Positions 34,391-44,930 of a DNA stretch of 64,000 nt are shown piece by piece. Each line of letters starts with the position of its first letter. The first letter of the stretch is position 1. Origin of the DNA: Yuukianura sp. NJ FZ-2021 (Eukaryota); assembly GCA_046563655.1 (NCBI GenBank), contig CM102285.1:3038001-3102000 (forward strand), in the 5' to 3' direction. The notes beneath the pieces are model-generated. The model made no database searches, had not been told where the DNA came from, and saw nothing but the letters and a program-made list of their open reading frames with translations. Made by a program: the position numbers and the translations under genes.

Positions 34391-36101
34391 ATGTTGTTAC
34401 ATATAGTTTGTCTTGGTGCTGTTGTAATCCTGCAGCTTGACCAAGCAGCCTCAACTCAGTGTACTTCTGCTGGTTTTGATGTAAGTCTAAGACAAAAATT
34501 TATTACATAGTTTTTACTTTATATTTAAGTATTAAGATATTTTAAACTTGTGACAGTGCTACAACAATAGGGAGTGTTGCTCGTTGGATTGCGTAGACGG
34601 CATTTGTGCTGAAAATGAACTTGAAGACACAAAAACTTCTGAACCAGGTAAGATTTTGAAGTTGCTAGTTCAAAGTGAAAATTCAAGGTATATACATAGC
34701 GACATTACTGAATGTTTGAAATGCGATTTACGTAGTTCTCGAAAGTCTAAACACTACAATGATAAATATTTTAATTTGGTTCTATACTTATACGTTCCAG
34801 TTGCACCTCTTGAAGACTACATTTTAAACATCCCACAAAATATCACAACGCATAAAAATTTTCGCTTGCTACCGTTGTTTCCAAATTGCGGCATTCAGAA
34901 ACCAAATCCACGTCGGAAGCGTATCATTGGAAGCATTCCTGCGCGGGAGTTTGATTTTCCATGGCTCGTTAAAATTTACACAAGAAACAGTAAGGCTAAA
35001 ATTTAAATATATACAAGAATTGACGGACCAATCGATCAAGTTACCGAATTAATTTTTATAGTCAGAAGTATAATTTTGTATTGACTTGCATAGCTTTGAG
35101 TTGTATTTCCAAAACATTGCTTCAAAATCGGTATTAAGTTGAAAAATATATTTGTAGTCATTTGTATAATTTGCTATTTTTTGACAGAGAACATATTTAC
35201 GTTGGTGAGGCTGGTGGAACTAATGAAAATGATACAGATAATAAGTACTTTATTGAAAAAATCATTACACATGAAGACGCTTTAGTCACAAATCAACGAA
35301 ACAACATTGCCCTTTTGAGACTGGACCGTCCAGTGCAATTTGGAGGTAAACCAAACACAATTTGTTAAATGTATTTTAGAAACTGCAAAAATCGTTTCCC
35401 AAGGTGAGAATGAAGGTTGCATCCAACACATTTGTATCTATTTGAAATTCCTACAAGAAACAATACGCTTTACATTTCAACACAGAAATTTGTATTTCAG
35501 ATCGTGTGAAGCCAATTTGTCTTCCACTAGCAGATGTTGGAGACATACATTCAAAAGACAATTTGAAAATGGCCGGTTTTGGAACAACATTCCCTGGTTC
35601 TGGTACCGTTGCCATACATTTCTTCTAAACAGTGAGGAATAACAGATTCACTTGTAACGTTTTTTCTTTTTGTATATCAGATGGTACGTCCGATTTTGCT
35701 CATTTTATTGAAATGAATGTTTTTCCGAACGAGTACTGCGATAGAGTGTACTCTACAAGTCTTGGAAGATTAGGGAAACATCACGTAACTCTACACAAGC
35801 AAAATTATTTTTGACATAGATGACTATGTCATCTATCTTTTTATTATTAATCCTTTTATGTTTTAAGCAGATATGTGCAGGAGGTAATACGATTTACAAA
35901 AGCGCGGGGATCTGCAATAATGACTACGGGGATCCGCTTATGATGACGGAAAAAATCAATAGCGGAGACGTGGAGTACAAAGTAACAACACAGTTAGGTA
36001 TCGCGTCGTACGCCTCTTATTGTACAAGACAAGGCTTCCCGACTGTTTTCATGAATGTTGTCGAGTACATACATTGGATTCTCGAGAACATTAGAACATA
36101 A
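34391..36101 (+). CDS. Serine protease homologue (non-catalytic or degenerate) with the same N-terminal 6-Cys module
   Basis: Signal peptide; CTSAGFD/CYNNRECCSLDCVDGIC; KR/IIGS; Asp site reads NNIALLRL and Ser site reads NDYGDP; I found no TAAHC exon. Confidence 0.7.
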
Positions 36102-36904
36102 ACATATTTTCTTGGTTGAAAGTCTTACAAACTTTGTTGTTCATAATAAATTTAGCATAAAATGGGGTAATAGAAGCTAAAAATTATTACCGCTACGGTT
36201 TACTAGGTTTAGCAATATCTTAATCTCGCCTATTCTTAAACAATGAAGGGAAACCTTTGTATTGGATATCGCAAGGTCAAATGTACTGAGTTGGGGAAGA
36301 AGTGGATTCTTTTAGCTTGGGCTTGTTTGACCTAAAGGTCAAACCAGTGTTTGACCAAGTTGTAGATAGATTTAATGACACCATGAATGACTAACTCTAT
36401 TTACATACAGTTGGTAGATCTCTCAAAGTCAGTTTCATCATTTATCAAAGTATGCTTTGATAACGTCTTCACAAAGTTTAGAAGAAATTCAACCAGAACT
36501 CGTGAGAAAAGGATACTCTGCTTATTTCTTGCTTTCTAAATTTAAAAAAACAAGGCAGAGAGGCGTTTGGAATAAGCCGGAGGCAAAACACTTGTCAGTC
36601 GCAAAGGGACAGAATGTGCTCATTTACTGACTCATTTCTTTCACTCTCACTTCACAATTTTTAGGAATAAGAAAAAACCGTTAAAGTGAAGTTAATAATT
36701 TCAGTGGTTTCTTTACAACAACTCTCTCTATATTTGTATCAACAACTGTAAATTAGTAGAAATTTCGAATTCTGAAATAGTAAATTAACAGTTCCACTAC
36801 TCTTGGATAAGAAAAAGTTTAAAAGTTAAGTTAAACTGCTTTAAAGAAAAAACACATCCATGGTATTTTGGCCACCAAGATGTAATAAGAGAATAATAAA
36901 TAAG

Positions 36905-38320
36905 AGAGCAGAGATTTTCAACCGTTTCGTAAAATAAATTGAGGGGTTAGTCGCAAAAAGAATTCTTACAATTAAAGAAAAATTTTGACAATAGTTTTGT
37001 TTCATAACGCGAAAAAAGTTAACCCGAGGTGGATTCGAACCATAACCAGGCGTTGAAGGATTGAGTTAACAAATTTTCCCCCCCAATTTTCAAGTGAGCA
37101 CAAATGTTAAAATAATTTTTTTTTACTATTTTAGTGGTCTGTTATGAAGTTTGGTTATTTTGGTTTTTAAATTTTGAATAATTTTCGATGTTTTCTAACA
37201 AGTTGTATAGTCGGATATATATATAACAAGCTGTATAGTCGGATGGTGTTCGATCCCACTTGCGGGGATTCCATGTGAATTGGCCAAAACAATTTGGCCA
37301 AAGGTGAAATGGTCAGAGGTGAAAAGGCCAGAAGTGAAATGGCCAAAAAGTGAAATGACCAGAAATAAATGGCCAAAAACTAAAAATGCCAAAATGTAAA
37401 AACGCCGAAAAGAAAATGGCCAAAAAGTGAAATGGCCAAAAAGTGAAATGATCAAAAAGTGAAATGCCCAAAATAAGAAAAGATCAGAAAATGAAAAGAT
37501 CAGAATTTGGAAAAAAAAATTTTTTTAGTGAATAACTCAGATTTTTTTCATTTTTTTTTACTTATGACCCCCTCACTATGAAAATACATATTTTTTGGCC
37601 CCCTCTCGAAAATTTTAATTTTTTGAAAATTTTGAGAATGGAAAATACCACTCTTTTTTTAATCCCATTTTTCGAAACTTAACCAAACCTAACCTAATGG
37701 CTATAACGCCATTGTTTAAGCACTTATTAAACGTAACCTAACTTAACAAAATATAAGCTAAAACCTATTTTGAGAAAAAATTTACATGTGCCCTTATGGG
37801 GAAATTGTAATTTTCAAAATATTCTATAAATCCGAAACTCCTTTGAGAGCGGGCCAAAAACAAATATATTTTCATAGTCTGGGGGTCATAGGTATCTGTA
37901 AAAAAAAATTAAAAAAATCCGAGTTACCCATTGAAAATAATTTTCTTTCCAAATTCTGATCTTTTCACTTTCTGACCTTTTCTTATTTTGGCCATTTCAC
38001 TTTTTGGTCTTTTCACTTTTTGGCCTTTTTACTTTTTGGTCAATTTCTTTCTGGCGTTTTTACATTTTGGCCTTTTCACTTTTTGGTCATTTCAATTCTG
38101 ATCTTTTCACTTTTTGGCCATTTCACTTCTGGCCATTTCACCTCTGACCATTTCACTTTTGGCCAAATTGTTTTGGCCATTTCACCTGCTACGCTTGCAG
38201 TAAATTTTTTTTTGCGTTATGAAACGAAACTAGGGTGAAATATTTTTTTTGAATTATAAGAATTTTTTTACGACTAGTTCCATAATTTGTTTTGAGAAAC
38301 GGTTGAAAGCCTCTCCGCGT
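36905..38320. mobile_element. Older DNA-transposon-like element with ~120-bp degenerate TIRs (outer element of a nest)
   Basis: TTTCAACCGTTTC...GTTTCATAACGCGAAAAAA (about 36915-37018) is the approximate reverse complement of TTTTTTGCGTTATGAAAC...GAAACGGTTGAAA (about 38207-38308). Exact ends are uncertain. Confidence 0.6.
37267..38193. mobile_element. Foldback element with modular TIRs (11-bp AAGTGAAATGG-like units)
   Basis: Inverted arms of more than 250 bp; ends GATTCCATG...TGCTACG; imperfect 8-bp TSD CTTGCGGG/CTTGCAGT; central CCTAA repeats. Confidence 0.8.
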
Positions 38321-38510
38321 GAGTTAGGATTGAGTTAATTCTAATCAATCAGTCAATTTTATTTGATATTAATTCTTATTACAACTGAATTTTATGAAAA
38401 TTGCTCCTTAAAAAAACCATGTTTTCTTTTATTTCTGGACAGAATAAAAACACACATACAGCGGAGCTCAAGTTTGGAAAAAAAAAATTGGTGGGCTAAC
38501 GGAAAAAGGC

Positions 38511-39512
38511 ATGCGGAAATTGAAGGCATCGCGTCAGCTCAAACAAAATGACGAACTGCGACGTCTCTACGAACTAATCACCAAACGACTGAATCCAAAA
38601 AAACCTCCGCGGCGAAAGTGTAAACACTGTCCAAGGACATTTGCATATCAGCGGTCCCTGTCTAATCACCTACGCACGCACGCGCGTCAAACACACAAGT
38701 GTAGTGACTGTGGAAAAGTATACTCAAACATTTATAAATATGAGGCACACCTTATTAGACATACACAAGTTACCGAACACGTCTGTCAGATTTGCGGATT
38801 TGCGGCGAAGTGTGCTTCAGCTCTTCAACGGCACGGCGAAATCCACCAATCACAAAAGGTGCAACCGTTCTCCTGCAGTTTTTGCCCTCGAACTTTCAGA
38901 AAACCATGGTATTTGAATTCCCACCAAAAAATACACAAAGCCCAAGATTTGGAATCGGACGAGGGACTTCAGACATTGCAAAAATCCAAATCCGAAGTAG
39001 TAGCGAAAGACGAATCTTCTGCGGAAATTGAAAAAGTGTTGCACGAAGTGTCAATGAAACCGTTCAACTGCAAGATGTGCTCTGCACGGTTTGCAAGCCA
39101 ACATGATTACCGCTACCACATGCGCATGACTCACAACAACGCTCTCCGGTGGACTTGCGGAATTTGTCATGGCAAGTTTACAGGCGGACGGAAATTAGGT
39201 GCTCATATTCTGAAATATCATAATTTTGATAGCAAGAAGTTGCAAGTCGACGCAGCTCAAGAAGCACGGGATGAGAACTCTGCGGAAGTCATTGACTTAA
39301 CAATGACAACTTACAATTGTGACCTCTGTGGAAAAGAGTGCCAGGACGCACATTCACTAGACGAACATGTTCAAGGCAACCATGGAACATGTCAAGATGG
39401 AATCCAAATGAAAATCATCACATGTCCATTCTGTGACTGTGATTTCATCTCCGAAGACGAATTCGGGGAACATGTTAGGATTCACACAAAGGAGAAGCCT
39501 TGGGAAGTGTGA
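38511..39512 (+). CDS. C2H2 zinc-finger protein (about 8 fingers)
   Basis: Repeated CxxC...HxxxH motifs and a HTKEKPW linker-like end. The true 5' end is uncertain: there is an upstream acceptor near 38442 and a possible A-run frameshift near 38478-38487. Confidence 0.85.
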   Translation: MRKLKASRQLKQNDELRRLYELITKRLNPKKPPRRKCKHCPRTFAYQRSLSNHLRTHARQTHKCSDCGKVYSNIYKYEAHLIRHTQVTEHVCQICGFAAKCASALQRHGEIHQSQKVQPFSCSFCPRTFRKPWYLNSHQKIHKAQDLESDEGLQTLQKSKSEVVAKDESSAEIEKVLHEVSMKPFNCKMCSARFASQHDYRYHMRMTHNNALRWTCGICHGKFTGGRKLGAHILKYHNFDSKKLQVDAAQEARDENSAEVIDLTMTTYNCDLCGKECQDAHSLDEHVQGNHGTCQDGIQMKIITCPFCDCDFISEDEFGEHVRIHTKEKPWEV

Positions 39513-39818
39513 GGTAGTTGTGATGACGCTTGCAATAGATACTAATGCGTAATTAATTAATAATTACATGCGTGATTTGAGTAAAATATTGTGCAATAGT
39601 CTAGTAACTAACAGTTCCTGTTATGTCAAATGTATTTCAATTTTCGTTAACTTTCAATCGAGATTTGATAAACTTTGGTAGACGGTTCATTATTTCAAAA
39701 TGTTGCAATATGACAATGCCTTTCTTACTTGCACTGCTTGTATATTTTTTAAATTATTTTTTTGTAGTTTAGTTGACTTGTTAAACAAATTATTTTTTTA
39801 TTTTAGGCAAATTAAGTA

Positions 39819-40654
39819 CAGTGGATTCTCTAAATAAGGGAAAAATCACGATTGGAGGATTGGTAGTAGGCGCCTCCCCCAGTGCCGTAAGATTTCTGGT
39901 AAACGGTCAGTTATATTATATCGAACTTAAGGCTAGGAACACCATTCTAATGAAAATTTTCTGTTTCGAAGTTCAGAGTATATAATTAATATTAATATAA
40001 TATAATATTCATATATTAATGCTAATTATATGTGATATCTATATACGTATCAATATTATATGGTATATTATATGCAAATTACGTTGTGAATGTCACCCTT
40101 ATTAAACAGGTTATATAATATATTATATACAGTGCGCAGTTTGTGCGCAGTTGCGCAGTTTGTGCGCAGTTGCGTAGTTTGTGCGCAGTTGCGCAGTTTG
40201 TGCGCAGTTGCGCAGTTTGTGCGCAGTTTGTGCGCAGTTGCGCAGTGCGCAGTTTGTGCGCAGTTGCGCAGTTTGTGCGCAGTTGCGCAGTTTGTGCGCA
40301 GTTGCGCAGTTTGTGCGCAGTTGGTGCGCAGTTGCGCATTTTGTGCGCAGTTGCGCAGTTGCGCAGTTTGTGCGCAGTTGCGCAGTTGGTGCGCAGTTGC
40401 GCAGTTTGCGCGCAGTTGCGCAGTTTGCGCGCAGTTGCGCAGTTTGTGCGCAGTTTGGGCGCAGTTTGTGCAGTTTGTGCGCAGTTGCGCAGTTTGTGCG
40501 CAAAAAAAAAATTAACCAAAAAAAACAATCGTAAAAAATAAGCCGATAAACTGAAACATACGTTCCCTCCAAAATTAAAACTTTACGGTACCGCGACTTC
40601 GAGTAAAAGTGAGAAAGAGGAGGAGCTCCTGTCCCTTATTTAGAGAATCCACTG
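39819..40654. mobile_element. Tc1/mariner-pogo-type MITE carrying an internal minisatellite
   Basis: Perfect 23-bp TIR CAGTGGATTCTCTAAATAAGGGA; TA TSD at 39817-39818 and 40655-40656. Confidence 0.9.
40131..40502. repeat. Minisatellite of AGTTGCGC / AGTTTGTGCGC units
   Basis: About 370 bp of interleaved 8- and 11-bp units, most producing the palindrome TGCGCA. Confidence 0.95.
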
Positions 40655-41145
40655 TACTACCATCCTGCTTCAATAAAGTTGCTATGAATGAATTTTAAAA
40701 AATGGTTGTTTGCATAAACAGGCCGGTGAATAATTAACACCAAAATGCAGCTTAAACTTTGTCAGTTGAGAAAAAAGTTTTTCACAAAGTTTTTCATAGG
40801 TTTTCAAATGTTGAAAATTTCTCAACTACTTCAGGCACACGATACTCGACAATATTTTTTTTTCTTAACCAGAAATGTTGTTACTGTTGTTAAAAAATCA
40901 AAAAAAAAGTAATTAAGTTGTAACTTTTGTTTGTTGTGCTTTCAAGTCATTCCAAGCACAGGTAATTTGTTTTATCACACTAATGTGAAAAAAAAAACAA
41001 ATTACATGCTGGACAATTGTCCAGGATGTTGAAAAGGGTTGGATCACACAAGAAATTAGTATTGTTGAAATGATTAAGCAATTGTCGTTAATGTTGTACA
41101 TGAAGCATGTGTTCAAATGTAGAGTCATTAGACATCCTCCAGTTC

Positions 41146-42124
41146 ATGGACGCAATGTTCTTCAAAACTTTGTCTTCGGTTTTGGTTTTGGCGTATATTG
41201 AGAATTCCGTGTGCCGTGGAGGTCACGGCGGAAGTTCAGGACATTCCGGCGGACATTCTTCATCATTTTCCCATTCATTTTACGGAGGAGGTCACTCGTC
41301 GTCGTTTTCCCGTCCGTCTGCATTTGGAGGTAGTCACCCTACATTCTTTTCACGTCCATCTTCCGTCGGAGGAGGACAGTCATTGTCCATCGGAAGCCAT
41401 TTGCCTTCTTCCGGTCCCGTCAGAGGTATATAATAAATGTCAGCATGTCTTCGACAAAGGCAAAACCTTTTCGTTATAATTTTGAATAGGACCGTATTTC
41501 ATTCCAAACCGGGGACCACTAGTGACGACGCCATTTCGGCCATCAGTATTAGCTCATCCCAACGTGATTCGTCCAGCGAGTCCTCTGGGCAGAAACCCTA
41601 CTCCAATATTTCAGCCTTCAGCCATAAATCGCCCGTATCCAAATAATGGAGCATTTCATCCAAGTACTGGCAGTATTTTAAGACCAATACCGCAGAGGTT
41701 GTACCCAACCACTCTTGTGCATTGGCCACTAGGCCCTAGCCCAGTCAGAAATGTCTATCATACGCACATCGGTGGCTACTACCCTCTATATGGACATTGG
41801 CCACTACCAATGTACAGCGTTAACATGGGCGTTGTGGTTGTGAATAACGACTTCCCTGGAAGCTTTTCAGAACAATTACCTGTTCCGCCAATGCAAAATG
41901 ATCCATGTGAATTAAATTCAAGGCCGAATGAAATCGGAGGAATTCCTGTTAAAGAAAATTCTGTGAACCGCAGCAGTACGAAACTGAATACTTGCGTTGA
42001 AAATCTCAGTCAATCGAATACTTCGCCAACAGGACAACCTTCAATGGGATTAAAAAACCTGAATTCATTAGGTTTGTTATTTTGTCAGTTTTCTCAATTA
42101 AATACAATGCTAAGAACAGTTTGA
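41146..42124 (+). CDS. Secreted or surface Gly/Ser/His-rich then Pro-rich low-complexity protein, 2 exons
   Basis: Signal peptide then RGGHGGSSGHSGGHSSS; phase-1 intron about 41426-41489 joins ORF 41522-42124; mildly hydrophobic C-terminus (possible GPI signal). Confidence 0.7.
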
Positions 42125-43245
42125 TAATATTTCTAACCTTTTCTCTAGTTCTGAAAAACGCGAAGTGGGATTCATTACGAAAAATTTGGATTTTTCCGAA
42201 CATCGTTTATTCGACCAGCGTTTAAGTGAAGTAGCTACGACGCCAATATTTTATGCCATAATAATGTTGAAATGAAAAAAAATAAGTAGCAAACTTTATA
42301 TTATGATTGAAAATTCAAAATTATTCTAGTATTAGTGTCCAAAGTGCATTAAGTTAGTTAAATTAGGAATTTGTAGAATTTGATTCTAGTTAATGGATTT
42401 ACAGTGGAAAAAAATCAACCAAACTGGACAACCCACAAATAAAATCCGAGTGTTTTTCAAGGTCAGCAGAAATGATAGAATATGATTTAAAATGTTTTCG
42501 TCCATACGTATTACTATTCCTGTGTCGATATAGTTAACGGGTACAAATCTTGTACACCAATTTTTCGGTGACTTAACGATCATTACTTGTTCCATTCAAC
42601 TATCAACAGCAGCTAAGGGTTGGCTACTTCGGTGCAACTGGGTTTTATGGATTTGAAATCTCATAAGTAGATGAGTGCTCTACCGGAAAGACGATTAACG
42701 TAATACGACATGGTTCGGGCAGGGTAGTTATGAACTCACTTTGGAATATTTCTTGTTCGCGGATGGAATATTTGAAGGAAGTTTATCTTTAATTCAACAT
42801 TTCAAAACTCATGAAATTTTGAGCAAATGATTACGGTCAAGCGAGTTTTCTTGTTCTATTAAAAACTTTATGGTGATCGTCACAGTAGCAACCTACCGAA
42901 GGTCATGCAAGAGCCATTTTTACGCTACATTACACAAAATACAACAACCAAAATTTCGTTAACAGAAATTTCAAAATTTAGGTAGGTTAGGTTTATATTT
43001 CGCAGAACATGGAAATGAATGGTGAATTGACATAAAAAAGTTGATGTCGTCATTATTGAGTTTTGCAATACGAAACTGATTTACGAATTTCATTTTTTTA
43101 GCAATCATATAGAAAAGTAATTGGGGTGACTGGTGTGCGAGTAGTATTTTAGTTATGTACACAGTAAAAAGTATACCGGTGGGATTAAATTTTCGAAAAT
43201 TAAATTTAAAAAAATATATAAGATATATGCTGTCACACAATGAAA

Positions 43246-44498
43246 TTAAGTACTCTTGAGTGTCAAAAGGAATGTGATAACATAATTTATAATGTTTTGG
43301 TTGACATTAACCACCATTTCCGTGTCGATGTAGTTAAGTGGTCCACATTGTATGTGGCATTTCCATAGCGATTTTGCTATCATTACATTCTGAACGTTAC
43401 TGGCTCCTAGTCTATACAACTCCGATACATAATTACCTGATTTAGAGTAGACAAATGATGCCAACGTGATACATAAATTTAGGAACAGAAAAGTCAAAGT
43501 TGCGCTACTAAAACAGATAAAAGAAGAAAAGGAAATACCAAGTCTAATACACACAGCAAAATATACGACACTAAAAATGGACGCAATTACAACATAGGAC
43601 GCGATGGGCCACATTACTGCGTCACTACATACACTTACAAATAGGTAAATCATTTTGTAACGACTTGCTTCTTGGTCTGTGTTGGTTGGTTGCAACTCTC
43701 CGTACTTAGGAGTTAACCATGCCATAACTAAATCACGGCTTAAAACTACGATTACAACACACTGAATATATTTGTAAAATATAAAATACAATTGTACATA
43801 CATTGCCGCAAAGAACATAACCGTGGCAGATATTGACAGTACTAATGTAAAATTTTGTTGCTCTGTAAGAACTGAGAACCATCCAATCATTTTTTCAAAG
43901 ACGAGAGTTAGGTCACGTGAATATGCAATGGGAGTTGTAATAGCGAACAACACTGTTACATACAGCATTGCATTATAAAAATACTTCAAAAGGTTGTAGC
44001 TGAGTACCTCGTCAGGTGCATGCAGTACCGTGCCTGGAAAATTACAGTTTTGTATTAATTTCGCATTACTTTGAGATATTCAAACTTTATTACTCGCCTA
44101 GAAAAGGTGTTTCATACAAACCAACCTTCTTTTGAAACCAAAGCGATGTACAAAGTGTTAAGATATTGTTGCCATTCTTTTCGTTGCCATCTACAACTGC
44201 AATCGAGGTTGATGTTATGAACAGTAAGCAGTATTAAACCAGTTACTGTAGCCGTAAAAATTGAATTGATCATATACAAATAACTGACGTATGCCACTAC
44301 GGTGTAGCAAAATAAGCAGCAAAAATCAAACATTAAGATTCGAAACCAATTTTTCCGAAATTTTGCTGAGCTATCCAATTCAAACATATTTCGGCGCCTG
44401 TTCCAAATAAGTGGGTTTTGATAAGTGCTGTGACCGTCTTGAATTGCTCGTTGGAACAACGCAATGGCTTTTCTACGACGCAGAGTGTCTAGAACCAT
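43246..44498 (-). CDS. Multi-TM chemoreceptor-like (GR/OR superfamily) protein, 386 aa, copy 1
   Basis: Exons 44126-44498 and 43246-44033 (phase-1 intron); many hydrophobic helices; C-terminal KSLW.C.I.CGPL..ID......QNIINYVITFLL resembles the GR-type TM7 region. Confidence 0.75.
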
Positions 44499-44930
44499 GT
44501 TGTGTAGTTTAAAGTTTAGAAGGCATATAAAATATACCGATATAATACAAATCTATAAATGAGAAAGCTTTTGTTTCTTGAATAAGATGTCTCCTCGCTA
44601 TCGGGATACACTTCTCCACTGAAGGAAACTTCCAAACATCGAATTTTTTTCTGCAGCTTTCAAGGTACTAGAAAAATTTTGTGCTTGTTTCCTGTGTGTT
44701 GCATTTCAAATAGTTGAAACCAAACTGCTGCTTTCTAGCAGATAGGGAAAGAAAGTCTTGCAAGATTTCTAAAACATGAATTGTGGTAGGCGTACATGGA
44801 GACTCGAACCAAGAAGGGGGTGGAATGTCTAATATGAAAAACGTTTTTTGTACGTTCCTTTCTTTATTTAATTCCACGAACAAGCTTTTGTGTTGCTGAT
44901 TAGCGTCATATAATCATACTAATCACAGTG

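Noticed and set aside
37020-37270. tRNA-like T-arm/B-box motifs (GGTTCGAATCC on the minus strand near 37030-37041; GTTCGATCCC near 37248)
   Set aside because: No full cloverleaf or A-box can be built; at most these are SINE or tRNA remnants.
37167-38238. Phe/Leu-rich membrane-like ORFs
   Set aside because: These are translations of the foldback element's modular arms.
40079-40572. Cys/Ala-rich ORFs on both strands
   Set aside because: These are translations of the TGCGCA minisatellite inside a MITE.
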